A DNA stretch of 64,000 nt. Origin: an uncultured Gammaproteobacteria bacterium. GTDB lineage: Bacteria; Cyanobacteriota; Vampirovibrionia; LMEP-6097. Positions within the stretch are counted from its first letter, which is position 1. Every line of letters starts with the position of its first letter. The position numbers and the translations under genes were made by a program. Positions 44,946-54,644 of this stretch are shown here, in pieces. The notes below the pieces were generated by a model, which was not told where the DNA came from, did no database searches, and worked only from the letters and a program-made list of their open reading frames with translations. The DNA lies in contig CAZFCF010000010.1 of NCBI GenBank assembly GCA_964517685.1, positions 6,624-70,623 of the forward strand, read 5' to 3'.

Positions 44946-46217
44946 TTATACGAATTCCTCAAACTGCTGCAAATACAACAATGATATATCGACAATGCGT
45001 GCTGCTGCAAGCCCGTCACCATAAGGCTGCAAGCCGACTTTGATCATAGAATTATAGGCTTCTTTATCACTAATAAGTTCAAGCATAGAAGCATGAATTA
45101 AATGTTCATCAGTACCAACTAATTTACTAAAACCAAAATCAATACCTTCAGTTCGTTCAGTTTCATTACGCGCTACTAAGACTGGCTTATTAAGATAGGG
45201 AGCCTCTTCTTGAATGCCGCCACTATCACTGACAATAAAATAACTCTTCAGCATCAATTCCAGAAAAAGTGGATAGTTTAAAGCTTCCATAAAAGCTATA
45301 TTATCGAGTTTTTCTTTTTGAACTTTTTCGAAGAGTTCTCTGAAAGCAAATCTAGCATTGGGATTCTTATGCAAACAAATTATAAATTCAACTTCCTCAG
45401 TACCATTGAATCTTTCAGCGATTCGATGAATCGCATTACAAAGATTCTCAATCCCAAATTCATGACTTTCTCTTCTATGCGCTGTTACCAAGATTCTTTT
45501 TCTAACATTGGGTTCTTGCAAATATTTATAGAGATTGAAATCTTCCTCTTCAAAACCGAGCTTGGCGCTAGCAAATTTAGACCAATCAAAATCGGGAGCC
45601 TCAATTTTTTTACAAGCTAAATCCAAAGTATCAACCACAGTATTGCCTGTATAAAAGTTATAAGAATTTTTCTTAAAGAGAATTTTCTCTGCTTCTAACG
45701 TTGTAAGGGAACGCTGTCCTGGAGCGAAGTTCAAATCAGCAACCTGACTGATAATTCTTCTTGCAAGCTCTTCCGGGAAAGGCGCATTAATATTATTAGT
45801 ACGGATACCTGCTTCAATATGGGCAATAGGAATTTTTTCGTAGAATGCTGCCAAAGCACATTGTTGTGAAGTGAGAGTATCTCCTTGAATAAAAATTAGA
45901 TCTGGTCTTTCTTGCACAAAAAGTTTAGTAGCTTCCTCAAGAATTTTGGCTGAAAGATTACCCAATCTTCTATCTGCTGAATTATGAAAAGATTCAAGTG
46001 AAAAATAGTAATCGGGTTTGACTTTAAAAAAATCTTCTAGATCCTGCAACATATCATTATGCTGCGCGCTAGAAATCCACTTAACTTCAATAGCTCTGGC
46101 ATTGGTGCTTAATGCAGCCCTTTCCCAGAGCAGCTTATAAACAGGGAACATCTTGATGAACTCAGGTCTAGTTCCAACAATACAATGAATTATAAAATTA
46201 TTTTCTTGTTGCTTCAA
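44946..46217 (-). CDS. wecB: UDP-N-acetylglucosamine 2-epimerase (non-hydrolysing)
   Basis: GTRPEFIKM, HIEAGIRT, TAHRRES and SDSGGIQEEAP blocks. Confidence 0.85.
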   Translation of the reverse strand: MKQQENNFIIHCIVGTRPEFIKMFPVYKLLWERAALSTNARAIEVKWISSAQHNDMLQDLEDFFKVKPDYYFSLESFHNSADRRLGNLSAKILEEATKLFVQERPDLIFIQGDTLTSQQCALAAFYEKIPIAHIEAGIRTNNINAPFPEELARRIISQVADLNFAPGQRSLTTLEAEKILFKKNSYNFYTGNTVVDTLDLACKKIEAPDFDWSKFASAKLGFEEEDFNLYKYLQEPNVRKRILVTAHRRESHEFGIENLCNAIHRIAERFNGTEEVEFIICLHKNPNARFAFRELFEKVQKEKLDNIAFMEALNYPLFLELMLKSYFIVSDSGGIQEEAPYLNKPVLVARNETERTEGIDFGFSKLVGTDEHLIHASMLELISDKEAYNSMIKVGLQPYGDGLAAARIVDISLLYLQQFEEFV

Positions 46218-47334
46218 AAGTTCTAACCAGTTCTTCTACTTTAGTTTTTAGTTTTCTAAACTCATCTTGCAATTTAGGCAATCTAACCATAGCCCTTTGG
46301 CGTTTCATAAATTCACCATAAGGAACTGCAGGCGCACCCAGCACAGGCAAGAATGGATCTACATCAGAATTAACCGCACTAAATGCTCCAACTACTACGT
46401 CATTGCCAATTTCAACTCCATCACCACAACCAGAAGCTCCAGCCATAGTTACTCGATCACCAATCTTGGCACTGCCAGCAATCCCGGTCCCCGCAATGAT
46501 TAAACAGTCTTTGCCAATTTGGACATTATGCGCAATCTGACAGAGATTATCGATCTTAGTACCTTGCTCAATTCTAGTAGCTCCAATAGAGCCTCTATCA
46601 ACACAAGTCGAAGAACCAATTTCTACATCATCTTCAAGGATTACATTGCCAGCAGAAATAATTTTGTTTTGGATTTGCCTTTCAAAACTAAAGTTGAAAT
46701 CACCTTTTTGTAACTTCTCAAGATTCGTTGGATCTTTAGTAATATAGCTATAACCATCACCACCAATTACAGCATTAGATTGAATAATCACTCGCGAACC
46801 AAGCACAGAATAATCTTCAATCACTGCTCCTGGGCGGATTTCACAGTCCTCTCCAATAGTTACATTAGCTCCAATATAAACACGTGGATAAATTACTGTG
46901 CCTTTGGCAATTCTAGATCCCGGACCTACAAACGACAATGCATCAATTCTTACATCAGCTGCAATTTCAGCACTTGAATCAATCACAGCTGTAGCATGGA
47001 CTTTAGTACTAGGCTGGTATCTGGCTTTCGTAAAATTACCTATAAGCTTCATCAAAGCATATTTCGGTCTTGCAACTATTAGCAAGTTAACTGAAGGATT
47101 TTCCTCCAAGTACTTTTGGAATTCAGTATCTTTATTTAACTCTTGCGAGATCAACAAAGTCTTAGCTTTAGAAGCTTTGATTAACTTTGATGCTTTAGAA
47201 AACTTTCCAGGAAATATCAAAGCTAATTGATTTTCTTCAGCAGTTTCTGGTATCGCAGCCAGCGACTCTATTTCAAAGGAAGAATCTCCCTTAAGCTCAG
47301 CTTCAGTTATTTTAGCTATTTCACCAAGTTTCAA
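46198..47334 (-). CDS. lpxD: UDP-3-O-acylglucosamine N-acyltransferase
   Basis: Long run of hexapeptide repeats, an LpxD-type N-terminal domain, and conserved position downstream of skp. Confidence 0.85.
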   Translation of the reverse strand: MKLGEIAKITEAELKGDSSFEIESLAAIPETAEENQLALIFPGKFSKASKLIKASKAKTLLISQELNKDTEFQKYLEENPSVNLLIVARPKYALMKLIGNFTKARYQPSTKVHATAVIDSSAEIAADVRIDALSFVGPGSRIAKGTVIYPRVYIGANVTIGEDCEIRPGAVIEDYSVLGSRVIIQSNAVIGGDGYSYITKDPTNLEKLQKGDFNFSFERQIQNKIISAGNVILEDDVEIGSSTCVDRGSIGATRIEQGTKIDNLCQIAHNVQIGKDCLIIAGTGIAGSAKIGDRVTMAGASGCGDGVEIGNDVVVGAFSAVNSDVDPFLPVLGAPAVPYGEFMKRQRAMVRLPKLQDEFRKLKTKVEELVRTFEATRK

Positions 47335-47342
47335 ATTAGTAA

Positions 47343-47849
47343 CTATTTAGTAGATTCTTTAGCTTCTTTTTTTGGCTTAGGAGCTTTCTCCAATTGAGTC
47401 AAGAAAGTATCTGTCATATCAGCACTATCGGTAATAGGATAAATTATGAAACCCTTATCTAAAATGATTTCATAACCTTTCTCTTTAGCCACTTGATCTA
47501 AAGTATTTTGGAAATTACGATTGATCGTCGTATTGTACAAATCTTTCTCTTCTTGCACTTCTACAACTTGCTCATCAATAGTTTCTTGAATAGCGTTCTT
47601 TTTCTTTTCAACTTCTTCAGGCTTTGCCGTTTTTTCTAATTCAGTTAACTCAGCTTCAGCAGTAGTTAGAATACGCTTGAAGCTTTGTTCTTTTCCATCA
47701 AGAATAGTATTAGCTTCCTGAACTAAAGAATATTGTTTATAGACCTTCATTATGTCTATTGAAGCTACATTGCCTGCACTTGCAGATAATGTGTTCAATG
47801 AAAAAATAGCAACTAAAGAAATTTTAGTTAAGTTTTTTAATGACTTCAT
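47343..47849 (-). CDS. skp: OmpH/Skp-like periplasmic chaperone, copy 2
   Basis: Signal peptide and a Lys/Glu-rich coiled coil of ~165 aa, immediately upstream of lpxD. Confidence 0.65.
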   Translation of the reverse strand: MKSLKNLTKISLVAIFSLNTLSASAGNVASIDIMKVYKQYSLVQEANTILDGKEQSFKRILTTAEAELTELEKTAKPEEVEKKKNAIQETIDEQVVEVQEEKDLYNTTINRNFQNTLDQVAKEKGYEIILDKGFIIYPITDSADMTDTFLTQLEKAPKPKKEAKESTK

Positions 47850-48327
47850 CAGTTATATCTGTTCCTCCGTATAAAACTGCATCTTTGATAAGAACGTAAT
47901 CATACTTACCTTGCTGAGCAATAACTTTAATGGTATCCATTAGCTTAGTTTCAAGAGCACCGGTCTTTTGAGCAGCATCTTCTTGAATCTTTTTAGCTTC
48001 AGGCTCTAATTCAATTTTCATTTTCTCAGCCAACATTTGCAATTCTGTTTCTGATTTTTTCGCTTCTTGAGCTTTTTTCATCTCTTCACGTTTAACTTGA
48101 ATTTTTTTATTTAAATCAGCTTCTGATTTTTGGATCTCTTGAAGAACCTTTTGAGCAGCTGGGCTTTCTTGTAGAACTCTAGGTGAGTTAATATACGCAA
48201 TCTTTATACCAGATGCATTAACTGGCTTCACTTCTGCTTTTTTATCAGCGGCAAAGACAGGAACCGATAATAATGTAATAGCAGCCAGACTTAAAAATGT
48301 ATGAACTTTAAATTTTAATTTTGACAT
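47824..48327 (-). CDS. skp: OmpH/Skp-like periplasmic chaperone, copy 1
   Basis: Same architecture as the adjacent copy. Confidence 0.65.
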   Translation of the reverse strand: MSKLKFKVHTFLSLAAITLLSVPVFAADKKAEVKPVNASGIKIAYINSPRVLQESPAAQKVLQEIQKSEADLNKKIQVKREEMKKAQEAKKSETELQMLAEKMKIELEPEAKKIQEDAAQKTGALETKLMDTIKVIAQQGKYDYVLIKDAVLYGGTDITDEVIKKLN

Positions 48328-48367
48328 AGCCCCATTATACTATGCAGCTGGGCTAAAATATCAAATA

Positions 48368-48889
48368 ATGAAGATCAAGCTAGGAAAAATATTTTTTCTC
48401 TTTTTAATTTCGTCTCTACTACTAAATTCTTGTTCAAAGAAAATCCAGAGCACAGAGAATAATTCTAGAAATCAAAAGAATGCAAAAGTTACTGTTTATT
48501 TCACAAAGCCTAGTAAAGAACTTGGTGTTGTTTTAATACCTGTTGTAAGAAAAATTTCCAAAGGTTCATCTGCTTATCAAACAGCAATTAAAGAGCTGTT
48601 CTTAGGCCCAACTCTTGAAGAAAGAGAGAAACTCGAACTCAACAGCGAAATCCCTGAAGGTTCTCGTCTCATCAAAATTATCGAAGAAAATGATTCTGTA
48701 AAAATCGATATCAGCAGCCAGTTCATGTATGGTGGTGGTTCTGAATCGATGCAAGTTAGATTTAGACAATTTAGAGAGACTGCCCTTACTCTTGCTAAAG
48801 GCAGACCTGTCTACTTATATATAGATGGAACTCTTGCTACAAAGATTGGTGGCGAAGGTCTTGAAATACCACAACCACTCAAAAAATAA
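48368..48889 (+). CDS. GerMN-domain lipoprotein
   Basis: Lipobox LLNSC. VTVYF...IKELFLGPT...IPEGSRL...ISSQF pattern of GerMN domains. Confidence 0.6.
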   Translation: MKIKLGKIFFLFLISSLLLNSCSKKIQSTENNSRNQKNAKVTVYFTKPSKELGVVLIPVVRKISKGSSAYQTAIKELFLGPTLEEREKLELNSEIPEGSRLIKIIEENDSVKIDISSQFMYGGGSESMQVRFRQFRETALTLAKGRPVYLYIDGTLATKIGGEGLEIPQPLKK

Positions 48890-48898
48890 TTTTAGTTA

Positions 48899-49414
48899 AT
48901 GGAAGTTAAACTTAAAAATCTCCAAGCGACTAAAGATTTTGCAAAGGGTTTGGTGGCTGTCATTGCGAGCCGTCATTGCGAGGAGCCGAAGGCGACGTGG
49001 CAATCTCCCCAACACGTCATTGCCAGCGAAGCGAAGCAATCCCCCGACGCAGGCTGGATACTATTACTTGATGGCAAAATGGGCTCTGGCAAAACCACGT
49101 TCATTAGAGAGCTTGGTGCTGCTCTAGGCATCAAAGAAAATATTACTAGCCCAACCTTTGTGGGCATGCATGAATATCATATAGATGGGTTAGGCTTCTA
49201 TCATTTTGATCTTTATCAAGTGAGTCCTGGTATTGAAGACCTTGCAGAATTAGTTGGGTCTGGGCTGCCTAAGATTTTAGTTTTTGAATGGGCAGAAAGA
49301 TTGAGCCCTGAGCAAAAAAAAATATTAGAAAGTTTGAATAATATGCAAATTAAAATCACTGTGCTGGATAATGAAGAGCGAATATTTGAGACAAATATTC
49401 CTTCTATACAATGA
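48899..49414 (+). CDS. tsaE: tRNA threonylcarbamoyladenosine biosynthesis ATPase TsaE
   Basis: GKMGSGKTTFIR Walker A followed by SPTF. Carries a ~30-aa insert derived from the repeat element. Confidence 0.85.
   Translation: MEVKLKNLQATKDFAKGLVAVIASRHCEEPKATWQSPQHVIASEAKQSPDAGWILLLDGKMGSGKTTFIRELGAALGIKENITSPTFVGMHEYHIDGLGFYHFDLYQVSPGIEDLAELVGSGLPKILVFEWAERLSPEQKKILESLNNMQIKITVLDNEERIFETNIPSIQ
48959..49045. repeat. three tandem left-arm modules of the palindromic element, in frame in tsaE
   Basis: GTCATTGCGAGCC-GTCATTGCGAGGAGCCGAAGGCGACGTGGCAATC...GTCATTGCCAGCGAAGCGAAGCAATCCCCC, translated as VIASRHCEEPKATWQSPQHVIASEAKQSP. Confidence 0.8.
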
Positions 49415-49449
49415 AAATTATTGGAAAATTTTCCTTTTATAGAAGGGAT

Positions 49450-49812
49450 TTATTCCAAGACAATCTCATCTGCCTCTTGCCAAGCTGGATCCACAATCGC
49501 AAGAAACTTAAGATCTGTAGTTCCAATGTTCTCGATGCATTGCTTGGCATGCGGAGCGATGTAGACAGTATCGTGCGCTTTGACTAAAGCAGTTTCATTA
49601 TCAATGTACATCTTGCCTTCACCTTCAAGAATGTAATAAACTTCAGAAGTTTTGAGAGCGTGTAAATAAGAAGTATCTCCAGGTTTGACAATTGCATGCG
49701 CAAGACTATATCTCAGTTCTAATTTTTCTTTATCAGGATGCAGAATTTCTCTGAGTATAGTATTGTCTCCAGCAATAAATTCTGTGCAGTCATTGAGCGG
49801 GCGAGCGAGCAT
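49450..49812 (-). CDS. cupin domain protein
   Basis: LH..K.SEVYYILEGEG...GDTVYIAPHAKQCIEN cupin_2 pattern. Confidence 0.7.
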   Translation of the reverse strand: MLARPLNDCTEFIAGDNTILREILHPDKEKLELRYSLAHAIVKPGDTSYLHALKTSEVYYILEGEGKMYIDNETALVKAHDTVYIAPHAKQCIENIGTTDLKFLAIVDPAWQEADEIVLE

Positions 49813-49906
49813 GGGATTATTGTAACCTACTCCGTTTTTCTTAAATTTAGAAATAAATAAAATACAATCATTTTAATCAATCAGAAAAACTAAAAAGGAG
49901 ATATTT

Positions 49907-50323
49907 ATGGAAACTAGAATCATTGAAACACTTACTAATAATTTTGAATCATTAGATCAACAAGGCGATGAAGCACTATTCAATAGTTCAATTCAAGCAA
50001 TGAAAGAGAAATGGAATGTACCAGCACCAAGAGCGCTTGCTGACTTTGCACCAACTATCATTTTAAAAGCCAAAGATTTTGCTAGCGAAATTACAATTTT
50101 CAACTCAAAATCTAAAGACATGCGGACTGAACAAGAAATATCTAATGAACATATTGCTAGCAATAAAAGTGTACGTAATACACTCATTGAGCATGGTATA
50201 GTACCAGAAGATTTATCTCCAGAAGAAGATATCAAAAAACTTGAAAGACGCTTAATGACTGAATCAAAGAAAGGACTTAAGAATCCTGAGAAATTAGAAA
50301 CTTCACTTGGTAAATCCGTCTAG
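49907..50323 (+). CDS. DinD-like (DNA-damage-inducible protein D C-terminal region) small protein
   Basis: EQEISNEHIASNKSVRNTLIEHGIVPEDLSPEEDIKKLE resembles the DinD C-terminus (ANQTHF.VG.KVR.TI.ELGGTMPE.LP). The N-terminal domain is absent. Confidence 0.4.
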   Translation: METRIIETLTNNFESLDQQGDEALFNSSIQAMKEKWNVPAPRALADFAPTIILKAKDFASEITIFNSKSKDMRTEQEISNEHIASNKSVRNTLIEHGIVPEDLSPEEDIKKLERRLMTESKKGLKNPEKLETSLGKSV

Positions 50324-51681
50324 GACTTTGTCTTTTTAAAAGCCACTAATGCTTCTTTACGTGCGAAATCATGATTAACTATTGGTTCTGGATAATGCTT
50401 ACCTAGTTCGATTCCTGCAGCAGCCAGAACCAAAGGTGGAGAAGCAAAGGGTTTATGAATCCAATCATTAGGTAATCTAGCTAGTTCTGGAATCCATTTC
50501 CGCACATATTCTCCATTAGGATCAAACTTTTCTCCTTGAGTAATCGGATTAAAAATTCTAAAAAATGGACTTGCATCTACACCAGAACCTGCAATCCATT
50601 GCCAACCCATAGAATTATTTGCTAGATCAGCATCAAAGAGAGTATCCCAAAACCACTGAGCACCATACTTCCAATGAACAAGCAAGTCTTTGACCAAAAA
50701 AGATCCAACTACCATACGCACACGATTATGCATCCAGCCAGTTTCCCAAAGCTCACGCATACCGGCATCGACAATCGGATAACCAGTCATACCTTCCTTC
50801 CAAGCTCTTAATTTAATTTCATTTGTGACCCAAGGAAACTTATTAAATTCTTTTCTAAGATTACTATTCGCACTATCCGGGAAATGATGCAAAACATAGT
50901 AAGCAAATTCGCGCCAAACTAGTTGTCTCAAATAAGGTTCATGACCTTTAGCTTCTTGCCAAATTCTAAAAGGACTAATTTGTCCAAAATGTAGATAAGG
51001 AGATAGTTTAGAAGTTCCTTCCTGATCTGGTCTATCACGAGAAACAGGGTAGTCTTCGGCATTTTCATTAGCAAAATTTTTGCAAAGCTCTAAAGCTCCA
51101 GCTTCACTAATCTGAAAATGCTTAAGCATTTTTTCTTGCCAGGCTTTATTCCATTTAGCTTCAGTACCTAATAAATTTAAATCATCGATATTAATTGACT
51201 TAATAGAACTTAAATCTATTTTAGTATTCAATTGAGCTAATTTATCTTTAGTATAAAGCTCTCCAGAATTAGCCTGCATCAAATGATCATCAATGCTACT
51301 CATCAAATGCTTATAGTAAGGAGTAAAAACTTTAAAAACTCCACCTTGTTTATTCCTAATTTTCTCTGGATCAAAAAGTAAAGTATTTTTATAAGGAGAG
51401 CTTAGAATATGAGTAGCTTTAGTATTAAGCTTTAATTCTTTTAAAACTTGCTCAGTATCACCATTACGGAGAAGTAGCCTAGATCCTAATTTACGCAAAG
51501 ATTCATCTAAATCTTTAAGTGCATGATGTAACCATAACTTAGAAGCAGAACCTCGCGTCCAATCACCACTATTATCAAATATATAAATAGGAACTATCGG
51601 CTCGCCCAATTTAATAGCTTCAAGAATATTTGGGTTATCCAATATCCTGAGATCATTTTGGAAATGTATTAGAGTTACCAT
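50320..51681 (-). CDS. phrB: deoxyribodipyrimidine photolyase / cryptochrome family
   Basis: TGYPIVDAGMRELWETGWMHNRVRM and DADLANNSMGWQW FAD-binding blocks. Confidence 0.9.
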   Translation of the reverse strand: MVTLIHFQNDLRILDNPNILEAIKLGEPIVPIYIFDNSGDWTRGSASKLWLHHALKDLDESLRKLGSRLLLRNGDTEQVLKELKLNTKATHILSSPYKNTLLFDPEKIRNKQGGVFKVFTPYYKHLMSSIDDHLMQANSGELYTKDKLAQLNTKIDLSSIKSINIDDLNLLGTEAKWNKAWQEKMLKHFQISEAGALELCKNFANENAEDYPVSRDRPDQEGTSKLSPYLHFGQISPFRIWQEAKGHEPYLRQLVWREFAYYVLHHFPDSANSNLRKEFNKFPWVTNEIKLRAWKEGMTGYPIVDAGMRELWETGWMHNRVRMVVGSFLVKDLLVHWKYGAQWFWDTLFDADLANNSMGWQWIAGSGVDASPFFRIFNPITQGEKFDPNGEYVRKWIPELARLPNDWIHKPFASPPLVLAAAGIELGKHYPEPIVNHDFARKEALVAFKKTKS

Positions 51682-51684
51682 AAA

Positions 51685-52950
51685 CTAACAAGCATTCCCA
51701 GCAAGGTAACCAGATGCCCAAGCCCACTGGAAGTTATAACCGCCAAGCCAACCAGTTACATCAACCACTTCGCCAATAAAATATAAACCAGAGATTTTTT
51801 TGCATTCCATAGTTTTAGAATCTAATTCTTTAGTATCAATTCCACCTAAAGTAACTTCAGCCTTAGCATAACCTTCATCATCACTAGGTTTCACTCGCCA
51901 TTTCTGGAGTTTCGTGACCAACTCATCAAAAACTTTATTAGATACTTCAGCCATAGTTTTCTCTAAATCAATTTCATCAGCGAGCAAATCCACAAATTTC
52001 TCCGGGAAAATATTTTCTCTTTGAATTTTTGTTTTCAATTGAGCCTGGTGATCTTCAGCGAATTTAATTTCCTTGAGAATGTTTTTTAGTTTTCTCTTTT
52101 CGCCACTCTGTTTAACTTCTATTAGATAATTTTTCAGATCAAGATCAGGACAAAGATTAATCTCAAAGCTGGAATGATTCTGCAAATAATTCGATATCTG
52201 TAAAATCGCTGGACCACTTAAACCATTATGCGTAAATAAAATATTTTCTCTGAATTTAGTTTTGCCGCTAGAGACTAGTGCATCAAAGCTAGTCCCTGCC
52301 AATAACTCCATGGAATTACTTGTCCTGCGTAGCTTTAGCGAAGCAGGATCGACTACTAATGGCACTAAGCCTGCTCTTGGCTGAATCACATTAAGATCAA
52401 ACTGCTTAGCAAGTCTATAACCAAAATCACTTGCTCCAGTTTGTGGAATAGAAAGACCACCTGTAGCAATAATCAAAGAATTAGCAGTGAAAATTTCTCC
52501 ATCACTGGCAATCAATCTGAATCTAGTTTGCGCTGAATCCTCTAAAAGAATTTTATCGATTAGAACCGGTGCAATGATCTTCACTCCATTAGCATCAGCT
52601 TCCTTAAACAACATATCAATAATGAGCTGAGAGCTTTCTTCACAGAAAAGTTGTCCAAGTTTTTTCTCGAAGAATTCAATGCGATGTTTCTCAACTAGCT
52701 TAATAAAATCCTGTGGACCATATTGAGCTAAAGCTGATTTACAGAAATGCGGATTGTTTGAAATATAATTCTCTGCCGCAGCTCCTAAATTAGTAAAATT
52801 ACAGCGTCCACCACCAGAGATCCTGATTTTCTCCCCGATCTTATTATTAGAATTTATAAGTGCGACCTTCTTGCCTGCCTTAGCAGCCTCTATAGCTGCC
52901 ATAAAACCTGCAGCTCCAGCACCTAAAATAATTGCATCGTAAAAAGACAC
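51685..52950 (-). CDS. HI0933/BaiN-family FAD-dependent oxidoreductase
   Basis: ILGAGAAG dinucleotide fold and the SGGGRCNFTN signature. Confidence 0.85.
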   Translation of the reverse strand: MSFYDAIILGAGAAGFMAAIEAAKAGKKVALINSNNKIGEKIRISGGGRCNFTNLGAAAENYISNNPHFCKSALAQYGPQDFIKLVEKHRIEFFEKKLGQLFCEESSQLIIDMLFKEADANGVKIIAPVLIDKILLEDSAQTRFRLIASDGEIFTANSLIIATGGLSIPQTGASDFGYRLAKQFDLNVIQPRAGLVPLVVDPASLKLRRTSNSMELLAGTSFDALVSSGKTKFRENILFTHNGLSGPAILQISNYLQNHSSFEINLCPDLDLKNYLIEVKQSGEKRKLKNILKEIKFAEDHQAQLKTKIQRENIFPEKFVDLLADEIDLEKTMAEVSNKVFDELVTKLQKWRVKPSDDEGYAKAEVTLGGIDTKELDSKTMECKKISGLYFIGEVVDVTGWLGGYNFQWAWASGYLAGNAC

Positions 52951-52987
52951 TCTAATCTATAATAGAATAATTGCCATTTTTCTGCTT

Positions 52988-53044
52988 TTATGCACAGAGT
53001 ATTATGCATGAAATAGTATTTTGTGCACAATACTCTGTGCATAA
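52988..53044. promoter_or_regulatory. perfect 16-bp inverted repeat upstream of the second DUF4143 ATPase gene
   Basis: TTATGCACAGAGTATT (52988-53003) and AATACTCTGTGCATAA (53029-53044), with extra TGCAC / AGTATT half-sites in the spacer. Confidence 0.4.
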
Positions 53045-53073
53045 AACTCAATTTTAGGGTAAAATAGTAAATA

Positions 53074-54474
53074 ATGAACGAAATTTTACTACAACGACTT
53101 ATTCGGGATAACCCCTGGTGGGTTAACAAGGATTATCGATCTGAATTTGCAGAATTTCCTAAACGGGAAATCTATGAAGATCTAGTTAAAGAGCTAGAGT
53201 ATCGAATGATCATTTCGTTAGTAGGTTTAAGAAGAACCGGTAAAAGCACTTTGCTATTTCAATTACTAAGTAAAATTCAAGATGATCTAATAGATCCAAA
53301 AAAAATTCTTTTCTTCAGCTTTGACGAAAAGCTTCAAGAAGCTAATCCAGACTCATTGGAGATGATTCTTAATTACTATTTCGATAGCATCATTAAAAGC
53401 AATCCAAGAATTCTAGAAAACACTGTTTATATATTCTTAGATGAAGTACAGTACGTAAAGCACTGGCAGTCAGTTCTCAAGAACTTCTATGATGCAAGCT
53501 CCAAGATCAAATTTATTATCTCCGGATCATTTTCACTAAAACTTATTAATCAAGATAGAGAATCTCTAGCAGGAAGAATTTTTGAAACTTATATAGCACC
53601 TCTAAATTTTTTTGAATATCTAAAACTAAAATATAAACTGGATGAGCTTAAGCAAAGAATCAGCCTTAAAAATACAACTGAAGATGAAATTAACGATTTC
53701 GATAAGAAACTTTTTACAGAAAAATATTTAGATGACTTTGATGATTTTATACTTCATGGTAATTTCCCTGAAACCCTGTCTTTTAATGACATTGAGAAGA
53801 AGTTTTCTTATATAGAAAATTCTGTCATCAATAAACTTATCGAAAACGATATTCCTAAAATCTATAAATTGAACAAAAAAGATGAACTTAAAACTCTTGC
53901 TAAATGTTTCATTCAAGATAGCTCATCAATTTTTGAAATCAAAAATTTAGTCGAAGCCACAGGTATAAAGCGCAACACCATGTCTAAATATATAAATGCA
54001 CTTGAGGCAAGTTTTTTCTTAGATATCGTTCCAAGTGCACATCGTTCTTTTCATAAAACTCACAAAACCAGGAAGAAAGCTTATGTGATCAGTCCTAATT
54101 TCTCAGCAGCTTTGCTTAATCTCAGAAAAGAAAATCCTCTTTTAAATCAACTCATGGGTAAACTTGTAGAAACCTATATACTGCAAAGAATAAAAGAGAA
54201 TAAAGACTTCAAAAATATTCATTTCTTTAGAAAAGGTCGAAACGAAATCGATTTTCTTGCTGGAGATTTTTTATTACAACAGAAAAGCGAACTAACTTAT
54301 ATAGAAGTAAAATATCAAAACAAAATCCAAGATGCAGATATAAAATTTCTGCTTAAATATCTTCAGGAAAATGAAATTAAAAAAGCTTATGTAATTAGCA
54401 AAAATAAACTTGAAGTTAAAACTTATGATAATGGGGTTAAGGTGTTCTTTATTCCAGCTTTGTTATTAGCCTAG
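53074..54474 (+). CDS. AAA-family ATPase with DUF4143-type C-terminal domain (paralog)
   Basis: GLRRTGKST Walker A and IFLDEVQ Walker B. Same architecture as 11546-12940. Confidence 0.8.
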   Translation: MNEILLQRLIRDNPWWVNKDYRSEFAEFPKREIYEDLVKELEYRMIISLVGLRRTGKSTLLFQLLSKIQDDLIDPKKILFFSFDEKLQEANPDSLEMILNYYFDSIIKSNPRILENTVYIFLDEVQYVKHWQSVLKNFYDASSKIKFIISGSFSLKLINQDRESLAGRIFETYIAPLNFFEYLKLKYKLDELKQRISLKNTTEDEINDFDKKLFTEKYLDDFDDFILHGNFPETLSFNDIEKKFSYIENSVINKLIENDIPKIYKLNKKDELKTLAKCFIQDSSSIFEIKNLVEATGIKRNTMSKYINALEASFFLDIVPSAHRSFHKTHKTRKKAYVISPNFSAALLNLRKENPLLNQLMGKLVETYILQRIKENKDFKNIHFFRKGRNEIDFLAGDFLLQQKSELTYIEVKYQNKIQDADIKFLLKYLQENEIKKAYVISKNKLEVKTYDNGVKVFFIPALLLA

Positions 54475-54495
54475 ATAGCTATATAAAATACCCCT

Positions 54496-54523
54496 ATAAA
54501 AAATAAAAGCCCCGAAGGACTTT
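54496..54523 (-). terminator. rho-independent terminator (UUCG loop), probably bidirectional
   Basis: Minus strand reads AAAGTCC-TTCG-GGGCTTT followed by TATTTTTT. Downstream of the OMP gene. Confidence 0.5.
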
Positions 54524-54644
54524 AATTTCTTTCTTGATTTGAATAAGGAATATTATAGCAAATTTTTTCCCGTCGCGCAAGGGGGTAAATATTAAACTGG
54601 GTATTTCTTATCTGGAAAAGTGAATTGTAAAGACGCGGCCCCAG

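Noticed and set aside
3086-49045. The recurrent GTCATTGCGAG repeats as a possible CRISPR array.
   Set aside because: Copies are dispersed over 46 kb, are internally palindromic and variable in length, and are not separated by regular spacers. No cas genes are present.
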